Shown here: in pieces, positions 1 to 11,689 of the stretch | How positions within the stretch are numbered: position 1 is the stretch's first letter | How the letters are laid out: every line of letters begins with the position of its first letter | Assembly: GCA_951406725.2 (NCBI GenBank) | Contig: OX597818.1 | Span: 102,734,001-102,798,000 of the forward strand | DNA: 64,000 nt | Origin: Octopus vulgaris | Lineage: Eukaryota | Reading direction: 5' to 3' | Translations under genes and position numbers: made by a program | Notes under the pieces: generated by a model | Told to the model about the DNA's origin: nothing | Database searches by the model: none | What the model saw: only the letters and a program-made list of their open reading frames with translations

Positions 1-89
1 TAATCTACATACTTGTATAATAGGTATGCAAAAATGTTGATAGCCAGTATACTTTACTGGACTTACATGCATATGACTGGTTTGTTTAC

Positions 90-323
90 CCATTTCTTTA
101 TTACCCACAAGGGGCTAAACATAGAAGGGACAAACAAGGACAGACATAGGTATTAAGTCGATTACATAGACCCCAGTGCGTAACTGGTACTTAATTTATC
201 GACCCGGAAAGGATGAAAGGTAAAGTCGACCTCGGCGGAATTTGAACTCACAACGTAACGGCAGACGAAATACCGCTAAGCATTTCGCCCGACGTGCTAA
301 CGTTTCTGCCTGCTCGCCGCCTT
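90..323 (-). mobile_element. tRNA-derived SINE family A, full length
   Basis: Reverse complement of the ~235-bp repeat GGCGAGCTGGCAGAAACGTTAGC...GCCTTTCATCCTTTCGGGGTCGATAAA...CCCCTTGTGGGTAATAAAGAAAT, which recurs many times in the window. Confidence 0.9.
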
Positions 324-1057
324 ATTTACCGGGCTAGACGTACAGCTGTATCGTTGATTCGTGATCAGTACAAGGCGTACACGAGTGCCACTGATTCAGT
401 TTTGCATAAGGCATACGAATGTGCTACTGGTCTGTGTACCAGTCTAAACGCTCAGCATTGTCGCTGATTTGTATCCATGACTGCGAGCATAGATGTGTCG
501 CTGTTTTATTATAGAGTAACGGCGCACAAATGTGACGTTAGTGTAGTAGCACAAGCAACCAGCGCCATATTGGATGAAATCTCGCGGCAGCTATTGCCAT
601 ATCCGAGACTGGAGCGAGACCTCACCTGCACACATTTGCCATGCATGAGATCACAACAAGACTACGATGGGAAAAACTATGTAAAGGAAGAACCCGATTC
701 AAATCTCTCTCTTCTTTTGGCGCCACCTTCTCAGCAGCGCTGGCTGAACATCACTGGCTGGAGGCAATTTGCACCCGCACCATCGGAGCTTAAGATGGTA
801 GCTGAGAGCAGCACACTTTACCTTTCCTGTAAATAATCCAGTTGTAAATAGCGTTTATATTTGGAGTCTTTTCTCTTCGCCTGCCGGAAGCCTGAACTAT
901 AGGAAGAAAAAAAAGGATGATGGAAGGAGATGATATTCTTCCGATGTCGTAAACCTTGCCTTCCATCATTATTAAACTAGTTTTGCATTTGTAATCGGCA
1001 CAGCAGCGCGTCACTGTTCTCAGTTCTGTGCTAGGCGTACAACGGTATCCATGAGCG

Positions 1058-1293
1058 AAGAGCGATGAGCTGGCAGAGACGTTAGCACGCCGGGTGAAAT
1101 GCTTAGCAGTATTTCGTCTACCGTTACGTTCTGGGTTCAAATTCCGCCGAGGTCGACTTTGCCTTTCATCCTTTCGGGGTCGATAAATTAAGTACCAGTT
1201 ACGCACTGGGGTCGATATATAATCGACTTAATCCGTTTGTCTGTCCTTGTTTGTCCTCTCTGTGTTTAGCCCCTTGTGGGTAATAAAGAAATA
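1058..1293 (+). mobile_element. SINE family A, full length with TSD
   Basis: B-box-like GGTTCAAATTCC; TSD GGTATCCATG at 1044-1053 and 1294-1303. Confidence 0.92.
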
Positions 1294-2149
1294 GGTATCC
1301 ATGGGCAACAGCTTTGTTAACACTGAAAGGTTAACTTGAATAAGTTATTAAAAAATCCAGGACTTGTCATGCAGCATATGGTTGCTCATTAACATTGACA
1401 ACCATTCCGATGATTTGCAGTAGATTATTGTTTTGGAAGACTGTAGTCATTTGTATCGGTCGAACTACAATATCGATCCGGCTGCATAAACACCAGTTTT
1501 ACTCTGGCGGGATTTGAAATCATAGCAAGAAAACTAAATGCTATAAGACATTTTGTTTTACAGTTTCTGAAGCCCAAGTAAATAAAACATCTTTTAATAG
1601 CTAATGCTTCCTGACACACAACATGGCGTTAGGTTTATTCAAGCTCACATTTGTGTCTGTTTGCATGAATTTGAGTTTCTCTATGTGTGTGTAACATTTA
1701 CGTTGCTGTTGTGTTACTGGTCACTGATCAAAAAGTCAACCGACAAATCACATGAAAAGAAATCGAGTTTAGATAAATATTTGAGAGTCAAGAGAATAGA
1801 TATTGACGCCTAAACTGCCTGAAGCTGAATTGGTTTTAGTCAGAATACAGTGGTCGCATTTACTCCAATGAGACCTAAAGTTTGAAACTTCTACTTACTA
1901 ACAAAATCTTTTTTGAACACTTCCATCAAAATGCATTATTTTCTGTATCAAATAATGGAAGTTTCCTGTAAATAAGATTGTTAGATTGAAGTTGTAGCTT
2001 TAAATCTGCAAGCAAAATGTAAGATATTAATGGCCGCCCAATCATTAGCATGTATGTTCACGTTTTCCATTTGAATCTGTGCCTAATGTCAACTGTATTG
2101 ATTTCTTTAGGACGTGGCATGTGGTCCTTGCTATCTTTTATTTTTTACA

Positions 2150-2400
2150 TGCTTTAGTCATTAGATTGCGGCCATACTGGGGCCTTCAAGGGTTCAGTCG
2201 AAAAAATCGACGCAAGTACTTATTTATTTCATTTTTATTTATTTATATATATATATATATTATTATTATTTATTTTTACTTCTTAGTTTTATTTTTATTT
2301 TTTGAAGTGTGGAATTTATTTTACCAGGCAATTTTTGCAGAACCGCTAAGTTAACAGGATGCAAACAAACCCACATCGGTAGTCAAGTGGAGGACAGGCA
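2150..2400 (-). mobile_element. Old partial SINE family B (3' half)
   Basis: Diverged match to the family B tail (tgcggccatactgg, gaaccgctaagtta, catcggtagtcaag). Confidence 0.65.
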
Positions 2401-2961
2401 CAAAGGCAAAAGCCTACACGCACCTACACACACACATACACACACATACATACACACAAACACGCACACACACACATATGTATATAACATATGTATCTGT
2501 GTATGAATATATGCATATATATATATATATATATATTGTGTCGAGTCTAATGATTTGAAATATTTTATACATATATAATATGTGTGTATGCGTGTGTATG
2601 TGTATATAATGCGCGTGTGTGTATACGTGTGTGTCTGCGTACTTGGCATACACCTCTGGTCGAACGCTAAGGGAGACAAGTTTGAGAAGGCAACGACTTT
2701 ATAGTAAACGGGAAGAAGAAGGTTAGTCGCTTGCAGAAGGAATCGAGAAATTATTGAAAATTTTGTATTTAAAGAAAAAATATAAAATGATATGAAAGAA
2801 CGTCCGTATATGTGCAAGATGTGGCTCAATTATGGCTAGATTCCCTATTCGAAAGAAGTAAGAGGAATTGCATGTGGGTAAAAACTGTAAGCATGGGGGA
2901 AATAGAATGATTTTTAAAAATATTTTAGATATATCGATAATTATCATTATTAACAAAATGT

Positions 2962-3150
2962 TCAAGACTGCGAGCTGGCAGAATCCTTCGCTCGCCGGGC
3001 AAAATGCTTACCAGTATTTCGTCCATCGCTACGTTCTGAATTGAACTTCCGCTGAGGTCGATAAATTAAGTATCAGTCGCAGACTGGGGTTGGTGTAATT
3101 GACTCATCCCCACCTCCCCCAACTAGCCATTGTGGCAAGAATTTGAAATC
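2962..3150 (+). mobile_element. Diverged SINE family A-related copy
   Basis: gcgagctggcagaatc...gaggtcgataaattaagta matches the family A head and core. Confidence 0.75.
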
Positions 3151-3536
3151 ATTATTAACAAAATTTCAGTCCTCGAACATGATAATCATAATTAAATTCG
3201 ACGGAATGAAGCAATGATTTGCTGCAATTGTCGGTTTGCAGTTAAAATACCGTACATACTACATTGAATGTAACTCAATGTAAAGTCAGATCCCGATCTA
3301 TGCAACGGTTTAATCCAATTGATATAAATGAATTTAACAAAAATTTTCAAAATGGGTTTGGTGATGCGAACAGGAAAATAAAACTTGAAACATGAATGTG
3401 TGTGCGTATGTTTGTATATATATATACAATTTAGATTTTCTAAAGGTTAGTTGCCCGCTTTCCGTTCAATTTTCCTGTAACAAGTGGATTATAAGTGTAT
3501 TGGCTATAGAATAACCTTCTTTAGCCCTTAATTATA

Positions 3537-3593
<57 letters not shown>

Positions 3594-3650
3594 CATAGAT
3601 ATATATACATATAAATACATATATATATACATATATGTATATATATATAT

Positions 3651-4206
3651 ATGAAAAAACAAGTCAATAATAGAAAATGCTAAGATGATTTTATAGTGAA
3701 TCTTTCAGTACAGGTTTCGGTCATTTTGAGACCTTTCCAACTGTAACGATTAAATAATTAAATTTAGAAAAATTAGAAGAAAAGTTTTTTTAAAAAAATA
3801 TTTCTGTAGTAGTGTTCAGATATAAGTAGCATTCTGCCTTTCTCTGACTCCCTTGTTTGCACTTGACTACAGAAAAAATATTTCAGAAAAAATATTTCTG
3901 TAGTAGTGTTCAGATATAAGTAACATTCTGCCTTTCTCTGACTCCCTTGTTTGCACTCCCAGTGCAAACAAGGGAGTCGAGAAAGGCAGAATGTTACTTA
4001 TATCTGAACACTACTACAGAAATATTTTTTAAAAAAAACTTTTCTTCTAATTTTTCTAAATTTAATTATTTAATCGTTACAGTTGAAAAGGTCTCAAAAT
4101 GACCGAAACCGGTACTGAAAGATTCACTATAAAATCATCTTAGACATTTTCTATTTTTGACTTGTTTTTTCATATATATCAACTCGTGTGTTCCTTTCCC
4201 CCCTTA
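3651..4206. mobile_element. Palindromic Penelope-type pLTR remnant in (TA)n
   Basis: Inverted arms 3651-3957 and 3961-4173 around a CCC loop; tandem duplication inside the left arm; short unique 3' extension to 4206; flanked by (TA)n; carries an HHR-like motif. Confidence 0.7.
4080..4117 (+). ncRNA. Variant minimal hammerhead ribozyme motif
   Basis: CAG-UUGAAAA-GGUC(loop)GACC-GAAA-CCGG-UA-CUG: stems I and II pair, helix III is palindromic, core deviates from CUGANGA. Confidence 0.5.
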
Positions 4207-4212
4207 TACATA

Positions 4213-4285
<73 letters not shown>

Positions 4286-4294
4286 GTGTGTGTG

Positions 4295-4348
<54 letters not shown>

Positions 4349-4393
4349 TACATATATATATATACACATATATATATATATATACATATATAT

Positions 4394-4808
4394 ATGAAAG
4401 AATGGAGTTGAACGACGAATTAACAAAATTCCTTTATTTTATTTTCGACATATGTTTCGAAGGCTGCATATTCCTAATTTCGAAGGAATAAGGGGTGCAT
4501 TATGGCGCCTTCTCATCAGGAAAAGTATGCATAATGCAGACATAATGCACAATGCACCCCATATTCCTTCGAAATTAGGAATATGCAGCCTTCGAAACAT
4601 ATGTCGAAAATAAAATAAAGGAATTTTGTTAATTCGTCGTTCAACTCCATTCTTTCATTTATTTGTATTTAAAAAAACACACAAATTTCCACACGATAGC
4701 ACGTAATATCTGTCCTAGCTTCAACCGTGTTTTTCTGACGTGAATTTGCTACCCAGGTATCGGTTAACCGAATTATCCATAATAAGATAATTCATTCAAC
4801 TACTCAAT
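4394..4808. mobile_element. Palindromic Penelope-type pLTR remnant in (TA)n
   Basis: Inverted arms ~4394-4501 and ~4551-4658, unique extension to ~4808, (TA)n on both sides. Confidence 0.72.
4442..4524 (-). ncRNA. Minimal type-I hammerhead ribozyme, canonical core
   Basis: Minus strand reads UUUUC-CUGAUGA-GAAGGC...GCCUUC-GAAA-CAUAUG-UC-GAAAA: intact core, 5-bp stem I, 6-bp stem II, palindromic ACAUAUGU helix III, GUC site. Confidence 0.82.
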
Positions 4809-5064
4809 TATATATATATATGTGCGTATATATACATACATATCCTCTCCTCCCTCCTCCTCCACTCTCCCCTCATTTGAAATCATACGACATTACACAT
4901 CACATCATACATACATACACACGTCCAGACCCTTCATACGCACTACATACTCTCTCATACACACACGTACCCTTATGTTGGGGCGAAGTCATTTGACCCT
5001 GTTATCTCCCCTATTTTCGCTCTTGCGTCTCACGTTTGATCTCTGACTTCTGGCCGGAATCAGA

Positions 5065-5275
5065 TCGCCATGTTGAATCGCTAGCTTCTGCACGCATTTT
5101 TTTCTCTCCTTGTTTCTCTCCGTGTTTCTTTTCTGTGTATCTTTCTGTTGAAGAGCGTAGGCTCGAAACGTAAAAGACTTGTTTTATTTATATTCCTGAG
5201 CGCCATACTAATACAATTGTTTGTTTGTACTCCACCTGCCTTCGTCTTTTGTTTATTTTCATAAAGCTTCCTGTC

Positions 5276-5277
<2 letters not shown>
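5065..5277 (+). mobile_element. Penelope-type pLTR fragment (family D) with HHR-like motif at 5141-5176
   Basis: CUUU-CUGUUGA-A-GAGC(GUAG)GCUC-GAAA-CG-UA-AAAG; related copies at ~42200-42365 (+) and ~61570-61780 (-); ends in (TA)n. Confidence 0.65.
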
Positions 5278-5350
<73 letters not shown>

Positions 5351-5477
5351 TACATATATATATGTACATATATACATATACATATATACATATATACATA
5401 TACATATATACATATACATATATACATATATATATATACACATATATATGTACATATACATATATATATACATATAC

Positions 5478-5544
<67 letters not shown>

Positions 5545-5548
<4 letters not shown>

Positions 5549-5685
5549 CGTGTGACGAAATAACTCTAGCCGAAATAGATTAAGATTAATGTAAAAAATA
5601 ACGCTGAGGCAAAGTAACACCAAATATATAGTGCGTGTGCTTTTATTGGCTAAACTGGCAAAATGACCATTCCTAAATACAACAA
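5545..5685 (+). repeat. Truncated copy of the HHR-bearing repeat at 52414-52580
   Basis: Near-identical to 52440-52580; embedded in (TA)n. Confidence 0.8.
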
Positions 5686-5751
5686 TATATATATGTATGT
5701 ATGTGTGTGTATGTATGTATGTATGTGTGTGTGCATGTATATATGTGTGTG

Positions 5752-6000
5752 TAGTGGAAGTGCATGACGTGGTTGATAAGTTGTTGGACACAATCATGAT
5801 CGTAAGATAGTCGTTTCGATTCCGGGACTGGACGACGCGTTGAGCCCTTGAGAAAACACTTTATTTCCCGTCGCTCCAGTCCAGTCAGCTGGCAAAACTG
5901 ACTACTCCTGCGACAGACCGACGTCCAGTCCATGTTGGGAAGTATATACGCCACGGAAACAGGGAAACCGGTCGCCCGAGTCTATATGTGACTCGGGAAG
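5752..6000 (+). mobile_element. Old tRNA-derived SINE sharing its tail with the family C copy at 16845
   Basis: tttcgattcc B-box-like motif; tail gcgacagaccgacgtccagtcca...ggaaacagggaaaccgg resembles 17015-17085. Confidence 0.6.
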
Positions 6001-6001
6001 G

Positions 6002-6060
<59 letters not shown>

Positions 6061-6427
6061 CGTGCGTGTGTGTGTGCGCGTGTGTGTATGTCTGTGTGTG
6101 TGTGACCGCTTCGTCCAAAGCTGTTACTTCCGGCGCGATATTTCACACCGATAACATAGCAAAAGGAGGTTTTTCCCCAAGATACTAGCAAGAGGGATGG
6201 ATGCCCATCCTTGGAATAACAGAGGCCCGCTTGGTTAACAGAAAAGGACACGAGATTTGTACCACCGAAGTGAACGAGGTGCATATTCACTATTTCCATG
6301 AATATTAAATAGCGCCAATGAAAATTCACATTAAGGAAGTCTGAGGAAGAATCACATATTCGAAACGACTCACAATAAACTGAACTATAGAAATACATCG
6401 AGGAACACAGTCGACATTACATGGCAT

Positions 6428-6822
6428 ATACCTTTGTGTGAAAAGTCTTGCTGCATCCGAAAACATATATATTATGAAAGAAAAATAAACACTAAATTTA
6501 TTACACGAATCTGTTACCACCACGACAGTCAACTATTTGACGCCGAACACGAGTTTAATGTTGAATACATCCACGAATTTTCCGCTCAGATAGCTCTTCC
6601 CAAGACTGCAAAACAGTTTCGTGCAATTCATGCCTCGTTGTAGGGTTTTTCAGTTGAACTTTATCGGCCAAAACTTTGAAAATGCCTTCATCTAATTGAT
6701 TCCACGTGTAAACATGTGTTGAATAGAACTCACTGAATAAATCTTAATTAAATGTGTTGTCAATTGTATGCACCTAGCATATGCTAATGTGTATGCAGCC
6801 AGACTTTTCACACAGAGGATAT
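6428..6822. mobile_element. Non-autonomous DNA transposon (MITE-like)
   Basis: Terminal inverted repeats atacctttgtgtgaaaagtcttgctgcat / atgcagccagacttttcacacagaggatat with TA-rich flanks. Confidence 0.55.
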
Positions 6823-6920
6823 ATAAAATAAGTCTTTACGTTTTCCATTCCGTTGTATCTATGTATCTAACGATCTATTTCTGTCTATTTGATTATAGCT
6901 ATTATATTATGGCATTGTGT

Positions 6921-7406
6921 AGGCGCAATGGCTCAGTGATTAGGGCAGCGGACTCGCGGTCGTAGGATCGTGGTTTCGATTCCCAGATCGGGCATTGTGA
7001 GTGTTTATTGAACGAAAACAACAAAAGCTCCTCGAGGCTCCGGCAGGGGACAGGTGGTGAACCCTGCTGTACTCTTTCACCACAACTTTCTCTCACTCTT
7101 TCTTCCTGTTTCTCGTGTACCTGTATTTCAAAGGGCCAACCTTGTCACACTCTGTGTCACGCTGAATCTCCCCGAGAACTACTTTAAGAGTACACCACTT
7201 GCACGTTAATAAATGAGCTGCGACGTCACTAGTGCCAAGCCGTATTGGCCTTTGCCTTTCCCTTGGGTAACATCGGTGGCGTGAAGAGGGGAAGCTGGTA
7301 TGCATGGGCGACTATTGTTCTTCAATAAATAACCTTGCCCAGACTTGTGCCTCGAAGGGTAACTTTCTAGGTGCAGTCCCATGGTCATTCATGACCGAAG
7401 GGGGTC
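6921..7406 (+). mobile_element. SINE family C, tail variant 1
   Basis: A box TGGCTCAGTGA, B box GGTTTCGATTCC; imperfect TSD attatggcattgt / attatgacattat. Confidence 0.88.
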
Positions 7407-7590
7407 ACAATTATGACATTATAACACAGACCTATTAAAACAAATTAAACTTCCTTATACATTAACGCATAGTCTTTCATGTTCTCTTCTCCTAAAGGCA
7501 TTTCTCCACAACAACATTATACTGTTAAACATGCATGCATACATACATATGTGTGTATGTGTTAGTGTGTAAATATATGTATTTATTTGT

Positions 7591-7898
7591 GGAGGCGCAA
7601 TGGCCCAGTGGTGAAGGCAGCGGACTCGCGGTTGTAAGATCGCGGTTTCGATTCCCAGACCGGGCGTTGTGAGTGTTAATTGAGCGAAAACACCTAAAGC
7701 CCCACGAGGCTCCGGCAGGGGATGGTGGCGATCCCTGCTGTACGTTTTCGCCACAACTTTCTCTCACTCTTTCTTCTGTTGGCCTGCTCGCTTAGCCAGC
7801 GGGGTGGCGTCTCTTGAAGGCTAAAACATATGTGAAGTGCATTGTGACCAGTGATGTGTAGCAACATCTGATAGCCTGGTCGGTCACGTGATCATGTG
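7591..7898 (+). mobile_element. SINE family C, tail variant 2
   Basis: Same head and body as 6921, different tail; TSD atatgtatttattt on both sides. Confidence 0.88.
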
Positions 7899-8853
7899 AT
7901 ATGTATTTATTTATACTTTCAACCGTGAAATTAGATCTTAATACAAAGAAGTAGAACTTGAGAATCTAGCACCTTCATCCTCTTTCAAATTGCATCATAA
8001 CTATTAGTGAATTAAAAACATATTCGGTAGCTAAAATACGAATTACTCTCAGAGAAGCAGTAAATTGTTTCAATCTCTTGGTTTCTCTACGAGATGCATG
8101 AAGCATTTTGTTATTAGAGCGTGTGAACAGAATGACATATTATTAACAGTAGTTACTGCAATATTTCGGGTGTAGAAGATATTAGACTGGATAATTTCTT
8201 TTGAAATCTATTCTATCTATAACTATTGATTTCTAAGTAATTAGCGCTACATCTCCTTCTTTTTGTGGTTCTTATTTAATCAAAAGTGTGCTTAGTTTTA
8301 GCTTACGAGGCACAGACATAAATGCAAATTTTGGTCTCTATTTAGTTTAGTTGTTCTGAAAAAAAAAATTAATGTAATTCTTATTTCAGAGTGGTATTTT
8401 GTTCATTTGCTTGATTAAATTTAATAATTAACTTTGATTTCGGCTGTTTTATTCCGAACCAATGATTCTAATCATTATAGTATTCTTTAAAAACGTTAGT
8501 TCTTCATGAAGACAATAATTGGCAACGTGTCAAGGATTGGCTTAATTTTCAGAAAACTAGTCAATTATGAAAATAAAGAAAATTTATGATAGTGCGATAA
8601 ATAGTCTATTCTTTGACAGTAATCGGCTAAAATAAATTCATAAAACGGATAATGTGTCGTTTTCTTAGCTTTATAGTTCGGACATCATATCTTCTAACAG
8701 TCTTACGAAGCAAATCTTAATATTTTTTTCTTTCAGACTACACATGTTCCATAGATAGCGAAGGAAGCAACAAGGAATGTTATTAAGGGGTTTACGATAC
8801 TAAACTTTGGACACAACAGCAACTAATTAAATAAAATAATAAGGCATCATACA

Positions 8854-8990
8854 GTTCTCATTCCTAAGGTATTTTTCCATGTTGTTATTATTATTATCAT
8901 TATTGTTGTTGTTGTTGTTGTTCAGGTCACTGCTTAGAATCGAACTCGGAATCCTGGGCTAATAGCCGCGATCTTAACCACTACGCCATA
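8854..8990 (-). mobile_element. Inverted partial copy of the tRNA-headed HHR element (family E)
   Basis: Reverse complement of the tRNA-like head, (AAT/AAC)n spacer and AAATACCTTAGGAATGAGAA of 9012-9190. Confidence 0.8.
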
Positions 8991-9011
8991 TTTAATGATA
9001 ATACTAATAAT

Positions 9012-9108
9012 AATATGGCGTAGTGGTTAAGAGCGCGGGCTACTAACCCCAAGATTCCGAGTTCGATTCCAAGCAGTGACCTGAACAACAACAACAATAA
9101 TAATAATG

Positions 9109-9157
<49 letters not shown>

Positions 9158-9316
9158 TAATAACATCGAAAAATACCTTAAGAATGAGAACCCAGGTTCG
9201 AAATTTCCCCCAAGACACCTGAAAAAGGCTGGTGGGTATATCAGCTGAAACGTTGTGTTAACAACAAAGAAGATGAGGACAAATATCCGTCGAATGTAAA
9301 TAATGTAAATAATGTA
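9012..9316 (+). mobile_element. tRNA-headed SINE-like element with hammerhead-bearing tail (family E)
   Basis: A box TGGCGTAGTGG 9016-9026, B box GAGTTCGATTCC 9059-9070, (AAT)n spacer, HHR-like ACAC-CUGAAAA-A-GGCUG...CAGCU-GAAA-CG-UU-GUGU at 9215-9258, (ATGTAAATA)n end. Confidence 0.75.
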
Positions 9317-10239
9317 CTAATACGATTGTCGAAATGGAAAGTTTGCAGAGTCAGCAAAATGCTATTTGTTTTATTTTTTCTAACTCTTTACCTTCTGATT
9401 TCAAATTCGGGCAACGTTAACTTTGTTAATCATCCATTAGTAGGAACTGTTAAAATAAATTACTAATGAAATACGTTGACATTTCGTTAAAGAATTTAAA
9501 TAGGTGGTATGTTTTAGACGGTCAGTTTTGTTACTTATTTTTGGTGCTATTTAGGGTGCTTCCTCTTGTTATTTGGAAGGTGTGGGTTATTAGTCGTATA
9601 TATGGCTTTGTATAGAAATTTATTAATTCTGTGCTTTGATGTTCACACGAGGATGCGTGTAGGTTTAAGGGTTGTTCATCTCTGCTTGTCACTGGCGGTT
9701 CATTGTACAAATTTTAACATATGTAGAGGTTTTAACCGTTGTTTTTTCATAAAGTCAGAAATTGTGGAATGTGTTTGTACATTGCTTCAATTATATTGCA
9801 AAAGCGGATAATTTAGATGTTATTTTAGACCTGTGGATATATGCGAAAGTAGGGCATTTGAAAAAGTGTGTATATACTCATGTATAAAAACGGGAATAAG
9901 AATGAAAATAAGAATTAATTTTAAAAATTGATTTAAAAATTTTTAATTTTAAATTAAAAAGATAAATCTAAAAATATAAACGAAGTGGGGATTGTAAATA
10001 AAGAAGAAACTTCCAATTTACTTGCATATAAGTATATTTCTTTGTATGCAGGTTTGTAAACTTACATTAGAAAATCTTTTGCGGGGATTTTTGGTTGTAG
10101 ATAGCGAAGCTTTTAGACAACTTTAGACGTACTTTTTTAGTGTAAAACTGTGAAAAGTTTTCCATATATATTATGAGAATAGCTTATGGTGTAGGTGAAT
10201 AGAAGTTGGTGAAATATTTACATGTTTAGCCGTTAGAAA

Positions 10240-10400
10240 AAATATTGGTTTGAAATGTTTGAGCATTTTAAAAATTTTGTGCTTGCATGAAGAGACAAAT
10301 TCAAAGTTTGGGTTCAGAATTTGGTTTTTCAATGTGGTAATGTAGCAGGATTTATTCATACAAATTTGGCAGGGTCTGTTTATACCTTGGTGTTTTTGTG
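10240..10400 (-). pseudogene. Penelope-like element endonuclease C-terminus remnant
   Basis: RPCQICMNKSCYITTLKNQILNPNFEFVSSCKHK resembles the PLE C-terminal CxLCLxEK...LLNKRxELxSxCRH motif. Confidence 0.5.
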
Positions 10401-10440
10401 CGTGTGAGATGATTTATTAATTGATGCTAAACGGACGGAG

Positions 10441-10485
<45 letters not shown>

Positions 10486-10749
10486 ACGTATAAGTATATG
10501 TATGTATGTATATGTCTGTATATATGAATATATATGTATACATATATGTATATATGTATATATATATATATATATATAGCAGCTCAAAAAAGTCCGTCCG
10601 TCGTCAAAAATCAACACACCGAATAAACCGACCTAATAGACTCAAAACGAATGGCTCTCTTGAGGGCGAACTACCACCAGTTATTAACCACTGCGCCGGT
10701 TAACGCCCTCTGTACTAATTCCTTAATCCGGCCACGGTATGCCTCGCAA

Positions 10750-11116
10750 GTCAAAATAGACTTATTCAGCTTTCAATAGGCAGATCCTCGCTTAACTGTA
10801 CTATCTATGTTCAGCCTACACTTAACCATTCTATGGTCAGTGTAAGATATTTGAACAAGATGTGGACAACTAAAACTAGCCTTATCTCTAGTTCTAATTA
10901 CTATCCTAAGTAAGACTTGAACATTCCGTCTCCACTAATCCAGGTCCACACTGGGAGGTTCGGATCGTCAAGCCTGTATCGATCTGCCAGCTGGAAGCGC
11001 CTAAGCAGATCCACGAGATATGAGTTTATCTTCTTACTGGTCGAGCCAACACTATCGATTCGTGCGTCAAAGGTAGCGTTAAAGTCTCCTAATACCACTA
11101 AAGTCTTCAACGTCAT
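10750..11116 (-). pseudogene. L1/Tx1-like LINE apurinic endonuclease fragment
   Basis: LVVLGDFNA...DRYRL...WTW...KSYLG, then SYTDHRMV and GSAY*KLN motifs. Confidence 0.8.
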
Positions 11117-11204
11117 GATAAAGTTCTCTGGTTGGTACTGGGCTTCGTATAATTTACCCCAGTGTCACGTTGATTGCATGCAGCTCCCTCACATTCAATA
11201 TTAT

Positions 11205-11221
11205 AAATAATAATAATAATG

Positions 11222-11291
<70 letters not shown>

Positions 11292-11340
11292 TAACAATAA
11301 TAATAATAACAATAATAATAATAGCAATAATAATAATAAT
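11205..11340. repeat. (AAT)n microsatellite
   Basis: Direct inspection. Confidence 0.97.
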
Positions 11341-11364
11341 GAAAGTAATGGAGAAACTAACAAA

Positions 11365-11652
11365 AAATACCTGGAAATAGAGGTAGCTCGATGTGGAATC
11401 TAAAAACAAACAATTCCTATCATAGTAGGCGTATTAGGTATGATAATGAAAAATATTCAGACAAATACATAACCAGAACACCAGTACTTATGAATATATA
11501 TAACATACAGAAAATCGCACTACTGAGCCACGCACACATCCTACGCAAAACATTTTCAATACAGTGACCATAAGAGCATAACAACAAAGCACAGCACATA
11601 CCCAAAGCAGAAAGTGAAGTGTAAGCACGCTATAAAAATAAACTACTGAGCA
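11365..11652 (+). mobile_element. 3' end of R4/Dong-like (RLE) non-LTR retrotransposon in (AAT)n
   Basis: Frameshifted LEIEVARxWNLKT..IPIIVGVLGMI...NIQKIALLSHAHILRKTFSIQ*; flanked by AAT repeats. Confidence 0.75.
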
Positions 11653-11689
11653 ATAATAATAATAATAATAATAATAATAGTTTCAGATA

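Noticed and set aside
940-1060. Cys-rich peptide (GYRC...RCCADYKCKTSL) resembling a FLYWCH/transposase zinc finger
   Set aside because: Too short, interrupted by a SINE and lacking the diagnostic W/H residues.
9012-9085. Genuine tRNA gene
   Set aside because: It has A and B boxes but no convincing acceptor stem or T-run terminator, and it is embedded in a repeat, so it is treated as a SINE head. The same applies to the family B and C heads.
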